This document shows, one piece after another, positions 34,015 through 43,231 of a stretch of DNA of 46,074 nt (position 1 is the stretch's first letter; each line of letters starts with the position of its first letter). Location: IMG/VR virus record IMGVR_UViG_3300024222_000034, positions 1-46,074 of that record; one strand, written 5' to 3'. The stretch is from a virus. Its lineage: Duplodnaviria; Caudoviricetes. A program made the position numbers and the translations under genes. Below the pieces are notes generated by a model. That model was not told the DNA's origin. It saw only the letters and a list, made by a program, of their open reading frames with translations, and searched no databases.

Positions 34015-34225
34015 CTAATCCCCTTTCATGCCCGCAATTAGGGCATATTAAAATATCACAGAATCCTTTTTGGGAACCATTGCCATCCGTCACATCATAA
34101 ATCATGGTCTTTAATATCATTGCGTGGCCTGAGCCATTGTAAGAGCTTTTAACCATTTCCTCTTGGGAATCGAACAAACTAACCGCAGCGAATCCCATTC
34201 TATGATTGAACTTCTCTATTTTCAT
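33998..34225 (-). CDS. Hypothetical protein with C-terminal CPNCG
   Basis: Coupled within the glycan operon. Confidence 0.6.
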   Translation of the reverse strand: MKIEKFNHRMGFAAVSLFDSQEEMVKSSYNGSGHAMILKTMIYDVTDGNGSQKGFCDILICPNCGHERGLDAKDL

Positions 34226-34527
34226 AATCTTACTATATCATCCTCTGAGCATTTATCACCATATTGGATTTCTAATATCCATGAAGGTTTTAATGCAGTG
34301 AATTGATGGGTTCTGCGTCTATGAATTGCGTGCCAATCTCCAGCTTGGAGTGTTTTGGTGTTCAATTTACCCAACCCTTTTAATACTAGCCACAACTCAT
34401 TGCGGTAGTGGTGGTATTGCTTCGAGCATGACGCATCTTTATAGAATCTCAATATCTTCACTTTAAACCTAGCCGCGCTTATCAGCGTGATATAATATCC
34501 CCATTTACGCTTGGTTATGCTAAGCAT
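34222..34527 (-). CDS. Cupin, mannose-6-phosphate isomerase type II C-terminal-like
   Basis: RKWGYY...KVKIL....S.QYH.YR.E.W.V..G...H...ILEIQYG..C.EDDIVR. Confidence 0.88.
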   Translation of the reverse strand: MLSITKRKWGYYITLISAARFKVKILRFYKDASCSKQYHHYRNELWLVLKGLGKLNTKTLQAGDWHAIHRRRTHQFTALKPSWILEIQYGDKCSEDDIVRL

Positions 34528-34936
34528 GAACTGCCTTCACTAATTCGCTGCTGCTGGATACTTTCTCGCCACCAACATTGAACAGCATTTTAATATTTAA
34601 TTCCCTGCATAAATCTACTTCTGGCGTGCTGTCTATTGTCCTGTCCCCTCCATTAGCGAAATAAGTTGGTTTAATTCGCTTTAGAGCCTCGCAAACCGTC
34701 CCATCTGAGTCTTCTACCGGCACAACCATATTCACGCCTGTAATAGCCCTTAGAATCTCAGCGCGGTGTTCCCATTTCATGAAGCAATAGCTCTTTTTAC
34801 GCTTTAGCCATTCGTCAGAGTTTAGAATCCATATAACGTCACCATATTGCGATGCCTCTTCAATCATGCGGATATGGCCGACATGGATAGGGTCTGCGCC
34901 TCCAGAAACGCAAACTACATTGTCTTTTTTAGCCAT
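34520..34936 (-). CDS. Cytidylyl/adenylyltransferase (HIGH family, TagD/RfaE-II-like)
   Basis: SGG.DPIHVGH, LNSDEWL.RKK, FANGGDR, KVSSSS. Confidence 0.9.
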   Translation of the reverse strand: MAKKDNVVCVSGGADPIHVGHIRMIEEASQYGDVIWILNSDEWLKRKKSYCFMKWEHRAEILRAITGVNMVVPVEDSDGTVCEALKRIKPTYFANGGDRTIDSTPEVDLCRELNIKMLFNVGGEKVSSSSELVKAVHA

Positions 34937-36042
34937 GTTTCAGGGCATCCACTTTCAATTTCTATGGGGAAAAAGTAATCAAATGGCTTTGTCCCTCTGA
35001 GTTTAATATCATCAATCATTTGTTTTAAGCAAAAATCAATGGAATTCACCTCTTTGTATCCTAACAATTTTCTTGCCTTGTCGCTAGAACAATATGCGTG
35101 CTTCACTTCATTAGGGCGGTCTGGCATGTAAGTAATTTCACCTTTATAGCCAGTCATAGAGCAAATCTTCTCGGCTAAATGCCTTATGGTAATTTCTCCT
35201 TGGTCTGGGCCTATATTTACTACCTCTCCATCCGCAGCACCTTCTACGATTTTTACTATTGATGGGATGCAATCAGCAACGGGGCTAAAGCAACGGGTTT
35301 GTAGACCATCCCCGTATACTATTGGCGGATTACCCTGCAAACAACGATTAATCATTATGCTGCATACATTTCTCGCGGGGTCGTCATATTTCTGCCGCAC
35401 GCCGATGATATTATGTGGTACGGCTATAGAATATTTGACATCATGGGTTTTACATAAGACTTTAAGAGTATCTTCAGCAGCTACTTTGGCTATGCCGTAG
35501 GGGTCTATAGGTGCAGTCGTATGCCATTCCTCAAACGGAGGATAAATTTGTTTGTATAAATAAGCATTCTTTTGCTCTGGTCTGTCTGTAATCCCATAAC
35601 ATGAATGACCACCCCATCCGTATCTGGCCATACTACTCATAAACACGATACGCTTAACACCAGCAGCTATAGCAGCACTGAAGGTGGCGATGCTGGCTTC
35701 GTATATATTTTTTGTTATGAATGATGGGCTGAAACTAGATAATCCCTCGTGAGCGGTAGCTGCACAGTGGATTAAAACATCAGGTTTAAACTCTCGTAAA
35801 GCATAAAACATCCCATCGAAATCACAACAGTCTAATTCTCTGTCTATCCGGTGTTTATTAAATACTATATGAGGCTCTCCATCAAACTCAGTCATTTGCG
35901 CTAAACCAACTGATATTAAATTATTTTCATCACCACACACCAATGAATCATTACCAGCAACTTCATGTCCCTGCGCTAATAACGCGTCTGCAATGTGACT
36001 GCCTAAAAAGCCCGCTACTCCCGTCACCCAAATCTTACTCAT
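34915..36042 (-). CDS. NAD-dependent nucleotide-sugar epimerase/dehydratase
   Basis: GVAGFLG Rossmann motif, SSMARYG, YGIAK (YxxxK), YGDG.QTRCF. Confidence 0.95.
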   Translation of the reverse strand: MSKIWVTGVAGFLGSHIADALLAQGHEVAGNDSLVCGDENNLISVGLAQMTEFDGEPHIVFNKHRIDRELDCCDFDGMFYALREFKPDVLIHCAATAHEGLSSFSPSFITKNIYEASIATFSAAIAAGVKRIVFMSSMARYGWGGHSCYGITDRPEQKNAYLYKQIYPPFEEWHTTAPIDPYGIAKVAAEDTLKVLCKTHDVKYSIAVPHNIIGVRQKYDDPARNVCSIMINRCLQGNPPIVYGDGLQTRCFSPVADCIPSIVKIVEGAADGEVVNIGPDQGEITIRHLAEKICSMTGYKGEITYMPDRPNEVKHAYCSSDKARKLLGYKEVNSIDFCLKQMIDDIKLRGTKPFDYFFPIEIESGCPETWLKKTM

Positions 36043-36797
36043 CGGTTCAATGCCTTTAATAAACGACCATTAGAAGCCATAGGATACACACCATGCATAG
36101 CCAATCCTAACCGTTCTTTCTCATGCTGTAGTAAGTGCTGGCAGGTTTTATTAACAAACTCATCACGTTCTAGCCATCCCGCTTCCCTTATGCCGGTGTG
36201 CGTCTTATCGGGGTGTCCTTGGTCACTTGGCTTATCATGAATGAGTAAATAGTCTTTAAGATGTGTGAAGCAATAATTCTCTTTAGCGACAGCCGCAGTC
36301 CACGAGTCTACGAACCAGTGAAAAAATATAGGCGGTAAAAAGTACCCCATAGTTTCTATGTACTCTTGAGTTACTATGGGGTGAGGCGTACCCAGCGAAT
36401 CACGGCTATCCTGTAGGGCGTAAACATGGACTTTATTATTAAGTTTCTCGTAGTGTTCTTCTATTGCTTTATCCCATAATGGGGTGGCGAATATCATATC
36501 ATCAGAAGCAAGCATGTAGAGGTTGCCGCTATGGGCTTGGCTTAACGCTTCTAAGGCCAATTTGTTCCACGAATAAGCCGTAGACCATTCCTTGACAATC
36601 CTAACCGTTACGTCTGGGTCATCGCCTAGGGTTACATGGTATAATTGGTACTCATCCTGTAGTACGCCAACGGTTAGGTGTAGCGCACCGCCAGCGGTTT
36701 CTAGTGCTGAACGCCACATGCGTTTAAGCTTCTCAGGCCTACCACGAGAAGGGCAAATGAGTTCAATCATTCGTACCTTGTACTTTCCACTTCGCAA
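36039..36797 (-). CDS. GT2-like glycosyltransferase
   Basis: LICPSRGRP, YSWN.L, SDDM.F....WD, HWFVD.W. Confidence 0.85.
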   Translation of the reverse strand: MRSGKYKVRMIELICPSRGRPEKLKRMWRSALETAGGALHLTVGVLQDEYQLYHVTLGDDPDVTVRIVKEWSTAYSWNKLALEALSQAHSGNLYMLASDDMIFATPLWDKAIEEHYEKLNNKVHVYALQDSRDSLGTPHPIVTQEYIETMGYFLPPIFFHWFVDSWTAAVAKENYCFTHLKDYLLIHDKPSDQGHPDKTHTGIREAGWLERDEFVNKTCQHLLQHEKERLGLAMHGVYPMASNGRLLKALNR

Positions 36798-37555
36798 ATC
36801 TTATTCTTTGTATCACCATTACGTTGCCAGTCCTCATACTCCTCAACCCATGTCAGGGCATAAGGAACATCTTTACATTCATCAAACCATGGCCCTCCGT
36901 CTGTGTAATGGATGACATGCGGGATATTCTTACGTTCTGAAGGGAGAACAGGGCTTGTGCCTGCAATATAGTTATAACTATGGGGAAGTGTCCCTATCTG
37001 GTTATCTGTAAGCCAATTAAAGCCATGTAGCTCAGCGCCCGAAAGAAAACTCACCCGTTCTTTAGTGAGCATCCTATTGGCAGGATGCGAACAATTGAAC
37101 AGCACGAAGCTAGACCAGTTCTTGCGGTGGTATTGGTCGTTAACCCTTCCATCCATTTTAATGCCGTTTTTAGGCTTGTGGTTATGCTTAACCACCATCA
37201 CAGCATATTTATCATCACATAGCGCGAAAAGGTCTTTTACATCGCATTGAAAGACCATATCGGCATCCATGAATAATGCCCATCCTTGGTAACAATTAAG
37301 AAATGGGACAAGAAAACGAGTGTGGCTGAATTCAGTGGAGAACGGCCTCCCGTCTACATAATCAACGAAGTTGCCTGTACTAGCATCTATACCCCAATGG
37401 CGTTTGAAATGCCCCGCCTTGCGGAGTTCGCGGTGCTTTAAGTATCTTATCCTTAATTGCGAGGTGGTTCGTTTAATGAGTGAGTGGGCGGCGACATGGG
37501 AAGCAACTGGTTCTCTTGAATCCCAACCAATATAAATGCTTAATGGCTCAGGCAT
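36767..37555 (-). CDS. GT8-like (CDI-type) glycosyltransferase
   Basis: IYIGWDSRE, STEFS.TRFLVP.L...GWALFMDADM, RKNWSS..LFNC.HP, IHYTDGGPWF. Confidence 0.9.
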   Translation of the reverse strand: MPEPLSIYIGWDSREPVASHVAAHSLIKRTTSQLRIRYLKHRELRKAGHFKRHWGIDASTGNFVDYVDGRPFSTEFSHTRFLVPFLNCYQGWALFMDADMVFQCDVKDLFALCDDKYAVMVVKHNHKPKNGIKMDGRVNDQYHRKNWSSFVLFNCSHPANRMLTKERVSFLSGAELHGFNWLTDNQIGTLPHSYNYIAGTSPVLPSERKNIPHVIHYTDGGPWFDECKDVPYALTWVEEYEDWQRNGDTKNKICEVESTRYE

Positions 37556-37777
37556 TTACAGGAACCTTTCTGGCACATGCTCAATAGTGTAATCCCTATT
37601 GAATACTTCTTTTCCTGTACTGCGCTCTATTACCCTGTAATGCGGGCAACCTGTAGCGTAAGAATGGGCTTTGTCTAGGGTTTGGAGGTTGGCGCTTGAA
37701 TAACAAGTACCGCCTAGATACTTTTCACATTTAAAGTTTAGTTCTTTAGGGCTAACAATTTCTCCACCAGATTGCAT
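37556..37777 (-). CDS. Hypothetical protein
   Basis: Coupled within the glycan operon. Confidence 0.55.
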   Translation of the reverse strand: MQSGGEIVSPKELNFKCEKYLGGTCYSSANLQTLDKAHSYATGCPHYRVIERSTGKEVFNRDYTIEHVPERFL

Positions 37778-38529
37778 ATCTTCCCTGCTCTTATTTCCTC
37801 CAAACTTAATTGGAGGTCTGCCATTACGGCGAATAGCTTATTCCGGTCAACATACTGTGCTTCTGAAAGATTTTCAAGGGAAATATTTTCAAACCATTTT
37901 CCTACTATGGAATGAGGGGTATCTGATACGCATGGAATACCAGCTTGGAGTGCTTGCCAACCTACGCTTGAGTTAAATGTTTTAACATAATTATAGTCGG
38001 CAAAATTTATTGGTGCGGAATCACCTTTGATTCTTACAGTTACTTTCTTTAAAGAATTGAAACGATGAAATGTTGTTCCGTTTAGCCACTCTCCTGTGAC
38101 TGCTTGCTGCCTCCATAACTCAGGATAAGACGTGTTAATATTAAAAAAATTCTGTACGTTTTCTGTAGGAGCACACACCAAAACTGGTTTTTCCCAATCA
38201 AACCCTCTCCACTCTTTAATATCTAAATTAAGGGCTTCAAGCCTATCGTAATCAGGCTCTAGCTTATCAAGCCCTATGGTTTGTTGGGTTCCGTTGAGGC
38301 TGACTCGGTAGAATCCGTCATAGTGGTTGGGTTTGAAGTAACCCCTGTCAACGTTAAAGTATGGTTCTCCTTTGCTTTCACATTCTCTAAAGATTTTTGC
38401 GTTGCCTCGCAGTATTCCATAGCCAATAGTACCAGATAGAAATTTATGAGGAATTGTTCCTAAGAATCCTAATTCTAATGCTGCGGCCACAGTGTCAGCT
38501 ATGATGTGGCCAGTTCGTAAAACTCTCAC
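37738..38529 (-). CDS. KpsS/KpsC-like (capsule biosynthesis, GT-B) glycosyltransferase
   Basis: YF.VD.GYF...R+S.NG; VLVC.P; R.K; T.NSSVG.QAL..GIP. Confidence 0.7.
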   Translation of the reverse strand: MRVLRTGHIIADTVAAALELGFLGTIPHKFLSGTIGYGILRGNAKIFRECESKGEPYFNVDRGYFKPNHYDGFYRVSLNGTQQTIGLDKLEPDYDRLEALNLDIKEWRGFDWEKPVLVCAPTENVQNFFNINTSYPELWRQQAVTGEWLNGTTFHRFNSLKKVTVRIKGDSAPINFADYNYVKTFNSSVGWQALQAGIPCVSDTPHSIVGKWFENISLENLSEAQYVDRNKLFAVMADLQLSLEEIRAGKICNLVEKLLALKN

Positions 38530-39872
38530 TTACGCTTCCCCATTGGCTTAACTCTATAAGGGTCTAATGCTTCTAAGTTATTCTCTCTTCTTAGCCTGAA
38601 GAATGTATTACGGATTTCTTGGTCTTTCAACTGTTTTACGGTGGTTGGTTTACCACGCCATACGCTAGGTAGTAACTCAAGCGCACAGCTCGCATGGCTA
38701 GACCAATCATGCACAGGGTCTTTGCGGAATTGCTGTAAGTCTTCATCGTATTGATAATGATAAGCCATTAAAGCTTCAATACCATCTTTGCATTTATCAG
38801 CATTAAACCAGCAATTAGGTAACACTTTACGCAATGCAGCATGGCGGTTAGCGTGGGTAGTTTCGGGTATGACACTCATCTTGACGCCGTGGTCTTTATA
38901 AGCCTGTTCGACTATTGACCTACCATTGGCTTCCATCAACTTCTTCTTAGCGTCTTGCGGCACGTAATGGGCAAAGTAAGTGTAAGGCTTTTCCTTCAGC
39001 ATCTCGCAATAATGGCCTATACCTTCACCGCTGCTTTCGTAGTAATCTATAAACAATATTTCGTTGGGGGCTTCTTGGAAGAACCATATCGTATTCGTAT
39101 CGCCATAGCCTAAATCCCATAGAGTAGACACGGGGTACTCAGTGTCATGCAAGACTTTATCGGTTAGCTTTCCTTTGCGTTTTAATTCATCAATCCATTT
39201 AGCGTAAACACCCCCGGAAAAGCGTATGTCAAACTCACCTTCCCAAACATGCTCATAAGCCTTTGGGTCTTTCTTCTGTAGCTTTAAACGCTCCTTATCC
39301 AGCGTGTCAGTAAAGAATGGGTTATCCCTGTAAGATACCTTCTTGATGATTGCATCGTCTTCAGCATCGAATACAAACCGTTTGTAGGTAGCATCAGTGG
39401 GCTGCTTGGTATTGAAGCTCAGCCATATCTCAGAATCATTCTTGCGGATGGTAGGGATAAGGATTTCCCAGCTCTTATCCGATACGCCTTCGGCTTCCTC
39501 TACCCACGCTATATCAATGCCTTCGGTAGACTTAATCTCATTAGGATTGTGTTTAAGCCCCTTAAAGATGAATTCAGAGCCGTTTATGCCTAGGATTGTC
39601 TTAGCCTGCACTTCATAGAAGTCTTGCAGCCCCATTAGTTGTATCTGGTCAGCGAGGAGCTTATGCACTGAATCGTTGATAGAAACCTGTAATTCACGTG
39701 TGCATAGAATCCGCATAGGTTTCATAGCGGCTTTAGTCAGCAATACTTGGGCGAAAGCCCATGACTTCGCCGCGCCACGCCCTCCGTAATAAACCTTATA
39801 CCGTTTAGGCTCTAATAGCTCTTTAAAGGCCTCAGGTATCTGAGCTTGGAAGTTTATCTCTAGCAGGGACAA
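38526..39872 (-). CDS. terL: Terminase large subunit (PBSX family)
   Basis: RYKV.YGGRG.AKSW, C.RE.Q.SI.DSV, IKS.EG.DI.WVEEA, WDLG..D, P.HDWSSH. Confidence 0.97.
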   Translation of the reverse strand: MSLLEINFQAQIPEAFKELLEPKRYKVYYGGRGAAKSWAFAQVLLTKAAMKPMRILCTRELQVSINDSVHKLLADQIQLMGLQDFYEVQAKTILGINGSEFIFKGLKHNPNEIKSTEGIDIAWVEEAEGVSDKSWEILIPTIRKNDSEIWLSFNTKQPTDATYKRFVFDAEDDAIIKKVSYRDNPFFTDTLDKERLKLQKKDPKAYEHVWEGEFDIRFSGGVYAKWIDELKRKGKLTDKVLHDTEYPVSTLWDLGYGDTNTIWFFQEAPNEILFIDYYESSGEGIGHYCEMLKEKPYTYFAHYVPQDAKKKLMEANGRSIVEQAYKDHGVKMSVIPETTHANRHAALRKVLPNCWFNADKCKDGIEALMAYHYQYDEDLQQFRKDPVHDWSSHASCALELLPSVWRGKPTTVKQLKDQEIRNTFFRLRRENNLEALDPYRVKPMGKRK

Positions 39873-40113
39873 CTGTTAACACCCCCTTCACATTAACCAA
39901 ACCGCTTAGTTTCTGGTTGATATTAGCCGAAGATAAATCAGGTATAATCTTTTTTAGTAAGATATTAGCTGCGCTAATCTGGGTGCTACTTAATTCTAGG
40001 TCGCCGGACACATGCTTTAGCAGCCTGTCTACGATAACCCCGGCGCTTATTCTCTCTTTCCAATCCTCAGTTAGTGCAAGCTTGCGCTTCCTGCTCGCCA
40101 TCATATCCTCCAA
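39832..40113 (-). CDS. terS: Terminase small subunit
   Basis: I.A..+V.RL..HV.G..EL..TQI.AA.ILL.K..PDLS; directly upstream of terL. Confidence 0.8.
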   Translation of the reverse strand: MEDMMASRKRKLALTEDWKERISAGVIVDRLLKHVSGDLELSSTQISAANILLKKIIPDLSSANINQKLSGLVNVKGVLTVVPARDKLPSSDT

Positions 40114-40720
40114 AATCTATAATAACCTCATACCGCTTGAATAGTTCTTTAAGAACATTTCTATTCTCTTTTGTCTCGGCTGCTTTGTTAAAAGCCATCT
40201 TGGCAAATGCTCTGGTAAAAGCATGGTATATTTGCGTGCTAAATTTACATTCAGTATCATTATAGCTTATTTTGAAATCGGGCGCGTTTGGCTGGTTATA
40301 AACATACCTAAACCAAATATTATAATGGTCGGCATACTTCTTTACAAAATCCAATGCTCTTTTGGGCGTGAAAGAAGCTTTTGGGGCGCGGCGTTTCTTT
40401 AACCGCTTCTCCCATGCGCACTGACCGCCGAGCATCACGTTAGTTAAATTGTCTAGCCCATGATTGTCTATAAGGTCTGTTTCAAAATCGTAAGCTAGCT
40501 GCTCGTCAGAAAAATAGGCTATCTTTTCTTTATTAATCGAAAGCCCAGAAGATTCTATATCCCTGATTAATCTACATTTTTTAGAGCATACCCCTTTGCG
40601 TGCTTCAGCCTCGTGCTGGTCTATCCTATTCTTGCTGCCTTTTCCCACATAAAACACAAGGTTTGTGCGCGGGTTTATCAGCTGGTAGACATACCATTTA
40701 TAAAGGCTTTCGTTGCTCAT
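40067..40720 (-). CDS. GIY-YIG (LEM-3-like) endonuclease
   Basis: YVYQLINPR...FYVGKG...R..QH; E..A...E..LI...G..NLTN...GG. Confidence 0.88.
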   Translation of the reverse strand: MSNESLYKWYVYQLINPRTNLVFYVGKGSKNRIDQHEAEARKGVCSKKCRLIRDIESSGLSINKEKIAYFSDEQLAYDFETDLIDNHGLDNLTNVMLGGQCAWEKRLKKRRAPKASFTPKRALDFVKKYADHYNIWFRYVYNQPNAPDFKISYNDTECKFSTQIYHAFTRAFAKMAFNKAAETKENRNVLKELFKRYEVIIDFGGYDGEQEAQACTN

Positions 40721-40757
40721 ACCTTAGATTTTAACACTTCTGGCGTAATAAGCAAAT

Positions 40758-40961
40758 CTAACGTTTTCCCTTTAGCCTCTTTTCAAGCTCCCTGCATTTA
40801 CCCATGAGCCTTAAATACTTCATGAGCAGCAAGCAGGGCTGTACCCTTTCACATGCTATGTTATTAATCTGCTTCACCCCATAACCGCAATGCTCGGCAA
40901 GCTTTGTTTGCCAGCCGTGGCCGAATAAATCCTTTCCACGGGCTTTAAATTCACCTTTCAT
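40758..40961 (-). CDS. Cro/XRE-like HTH transcriptional regulator
   Basis: F...G..LFG.GWQT.LA...G....I; last gene of the small-ORF cassette. Confidence 0.7.
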   Translation of the reverse strand: MKGEFKARGKDLFGHGWQTKLAEHCGYGVKQINNIACERVQPCLLLMKYLRLMGKCRELEKRLKGKR

Positions 40962-41113
40962 GAGCTTATGGCCTTCTGGTGTTCTTCATATTCAGCTTCA
41001 GTTAAATTCTCTCTGCATCCTTCGCATATGAATTTGTTATCAAAATACGTTGAATCTGGGTCGGCATCCGTATCAATGAAGTTGCTGCACTTGTCGCATA
41101 TTGTTAGGCTCAT
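40958..41113 (-). CDS. Small Zn-ribbon protein (51 aa)
   Basis: MSLTICDKCSNFIDTDADP...ICEGCRE; manual translation. Confidence 0.65.
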   Translation of the reverse strand: MSLTICDKCSNFIDTDADPDSTYFDNKFICEGCRENLTEAEYEEHQKAISS

Positions 41114-41271
41114 AATTTCCCCCATTGTTCTTTGCCTTTTCTAATGGCGATTCTGGCCTGTTTAACGAGCGTGTAATTGCTGCTATTTGTTTCTTTTACT
41201 GTTGCGTCTAAGGCATCAGTTACACTTTCGAGCCAATTTAGAATGTCATAGAAATCACTGGAATTACTCAT
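41110..41271 (-). CDS. Hypothetical protein (53 aa)
   Basis: Manual translation MSNSSDFYDILNWLE...ARIAIRKGKEQWGKL*; ATGA coupling. Confidence 0.55.
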   Translation of the reverse strand: MSNSSDFYDILNWLESVTDALDATVKETNSSNYTLVKQARIAIRKGKEQWGKL

Positions 41272-41363
41272 ACATTTCCCTTTCCAGCGTCCCGTTGGAT
41301 GTTCTTACAATTACCGTCGAGCCTGCCAACGGGTATTGTTCTTTGAGTTTTTTCCACATAGAA

Positions 41364-41522
41364 TTAATCCTCCGCCGGCGATACTACGTTATACAAGCCC
41401 TCTAAGCATTCTGCGTGCCGCGAATCCACAACCACAGTCACATGCGGATGATGATTCTCACGCAACCAGCGCATAAGCGGCAATACTAGATATTCAAACT
41501 CAATATGTTTTTCGCTTTTCAT
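41364..41522 (-). CDS. Conserved small phage protein
   Basis: FE....PLM.WL.ENHHPHVTV.VDS..AE.LEG. Confidence 0.75.
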   Translation of the reverse strand: MKSEKHIEFEYLVLPLMRWLRENHHPHVTVVVDSRHAECLEGLYNVVSPAED

Positions 41523-41704
41523 GGCTCCTCTCCTTCTCCGTGGCATCTTTGACATTTCATGGTTTCATTATTAATGACGCGGCCACTTAAAAAATCTACT
41601 TTCCCTTGTGCATCACGCTTAACAAATATTTCACCAGAACCCTCGCAATCGCGGCAAGGATTTGGAGGCTCCCTATCTTCTGGTATGTCATCGAAGCAGC
41701 CCAT
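41519..41704 (-). CDS. DnaJ-type Zn-finger mini-protein
   Basis: CRDCEGSG ... CQRCHGEG. Confidence 0.75.
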   Translation of the reverse strand: MGCFDDIPEDREPPNPCRDCEGSGEIFVKRDAQGKVDFLSGRVINNETMKCQRCHGEGEEP

Positions 41705-41705
41705 A

Positions 41706-41903
41706 CTAATTACTCCTGTTTAATTGTTCCTCAGTGTGAACCAACGCGGCCTCTATACACCCAGCAGCTTGTGCTAATTGTGACCGGATAAAATCATCGG
41801 AGCGGCGGATACAAAGCCTTTTAGAAGTATAGGCTATCTCTCCTGCCAAACGCGACAGTACTGATTCTGGTGTATTACCGCCGCGCCTTCCGTCTATTTT
41901 CAT
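41706..41903 (-). CDS. Hypothetical protein
   Basis: AGGAG SD. Confidence 0.6.
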   Translation of the reverse strand: MKIDGRRGGNTPESVLSRLAGEIAYTSKRLCIRRSDDFIRSQLAQAAGCIEAALVHTEEQLNRSN

Positions 41904-42080
41904 ATTAAGCGCTCCTTATGAGGCATTGGAAGGTTTCTTTAACCGCGCTGCGCTCCCAAAACTTCATACCGGCAGTATGAGCATCAAAATTCTGCGCCAG
42001 TATTTGCTCGTTGTGGTACTTGAGCCAATGGGTTGCTAAATCAGAGGCTATTTTGTAAGCCGGTGAGTTGGTGTCGCTTA

Positions 42081-42308
42081 TCATAACTCACCCCCGATTT
42101 GACGCGCCACAATGCGGGCTATGTTGGTAAGCGGGCGGTAAACGCTCGGTGCAATACGCCCATCATTAAGAGCCTTGCACCGTTCCTGCGCCTTAGCCAA
42201 GTTCGGGAATAGGTCAACAAACCCACCAGTCACGGTATCATGAATGTAATGCCAGTTTTCGCCCTGTGTGCGTTCGCTGGTCAGCTCGTAGCGTTGTGTG
42301 TTTTTCAT
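42081..42308 (-). CDS. Hypothetical early protein
   Basis: Operon position. Confidence 0.65.
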   Translation of the reverse strand: MKNTQRYELTSERTQGENWHYIHDTVTGGFVDLFPNLAKAQERCKALNDGRIAPSVYRPLTNIARIVARQIGGEL

Positions 42309-42310
42309 GA

Positions 42311-42595
42311 CTAGGCCGCCTTTTCGGTCACGGATTCAAGCCAAGCATTAACGGCCTCACGGCTACCCCATGAATCGCTAGGAATGTTGTTATAAACATA
42401 ACCCACAATGTTTTTCATGTTTTCGATATTAGTATCATCTGCGCGGGCAAAAGCCTCTTTAAGATTGTTTTCCAGCACCGCAGTCATGAAGCCGCCGGGC
42501 ATAATACCGTGGTTTAAATAACGCTCTAATGCGCCCAACAAGTCATGGCGGATAGGGTAATAAGCATCTTGTTTAAGGTTGAATGTGTTTGTCAT
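42311..42595 (-). CDS. Conserved phage early protein
   Basis: L.RY..HG..PG.F..AVL.N.L..A...AD..N...+..IV.Y.YN..P...WGS...V..W. Confidence 0.8.
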   Translation of the reverse strand: MTNTFNLKQDAYYPIRHDLLGALERYLNHGIMPGGFMTAVLENNLKEAFARADDTNIENMKNIVGYVYNNIPSDSWGSREAVNAWLESVTEKAA

Positions 42596-42639
42596 CTGGC
42601 TTCTCCTCGTTTCGCCCGCTGAATTGCTTGCGATGACGT

Positions 42640-42695
42640 ACCATACAGGAAGTAATTACCTATTGTCAAGCACTAAAAAGCATTTATTTCCTATT
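42640..42695 (-). promoter_or_regulatory. Sigma70 promoter TTGACA-N18-TATGGT with candidate operators
   Basis: -35 at 42669-42664; palindrome GTAATTAC in the spacer; direct repeat AATAGG(T/A)AAT on both sides of -35. Confidence 0.75.
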
Positions 42696-42791
42696 TAATT
42701 ACACAAACCCCATAAAGCCTTACAATCTCACTGGCCATGCATACCATAGCAACAAGGCTTCCGCAGATGTAGAGGGTGGTTAAAAGCTGCT

Positions 42792-43067
42792 TCACTTCGC
42801 CTTCCTTTTCTTATACTTGCGTTTGGGTTTCTTAAAATCCAAAGGAACCTCCGCATCCCCAAAAACAATGCCCGCCGTCACCTTGCTCTCTTTCCGTTTG
42901 GGCTTTATGCGCTCTAGTTCTGACGGATTAAAACATGTTGGGTCATTCAGCATTGACATTTTGATAACCTGTGGCTTTCCATCGCTAAAATAAACCCTTC
43001 CATCGGCTAGGGCAGGCTTCCCCATCATCCCGCTTATGAAGGCTTTGATATAAAGTAATATTTTCAT
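42792..43067 (-). CDS. Hypothetical basic protein
   Basis: Coupled ORF. Confidence 0.55.
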   Translation of the reverse strand: MKILLYIKAFISGMMGKPALADGRVYFSDGKPQVIKMSMLNDPTCFNPSELERIKPKRKESKVTAGIVFGDAEVPLDFKKPKRKYKKRKAK

Positions 43068-43210
43068 GATTTATCTTCCTTCTTAGGTGTGCAATCAATA
43101 AAAGTTACGCCGTAAGTATCTTCCATCCATTTCTTGAATTGCTCGTCATCATGGTTTCTTTTTTTGCTCTGAGCAGCAGTATCTGGTGTTTCATATCCCT
43201 TCTCCGGCAT
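43064..43210 (-). CDS. Hypothetical protein (48 aa)
   Basis: AGGAG SD; MPEKGYETPD...FKKWMEDTYGVTFID. Confidence 0.55.
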   Translation of the reverse strand: MPEKGYETPDTAAQSKKRNHDDEQFKKWMEDTYGVTFIDCTPKKEDKS

Positions 43211-43231
43211 AAACTCTCCTTCTGTTGGTGG

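Noticed and set aside
31736-38529. O-antigen conversion (gtrABC) or DNA hypermodification as the role of the GT cluster
   Set aside because: No membrane GT, flippase or base-modifying enzyme; late-operon position; restriction sites are avoided. Disfavoured, not disproved
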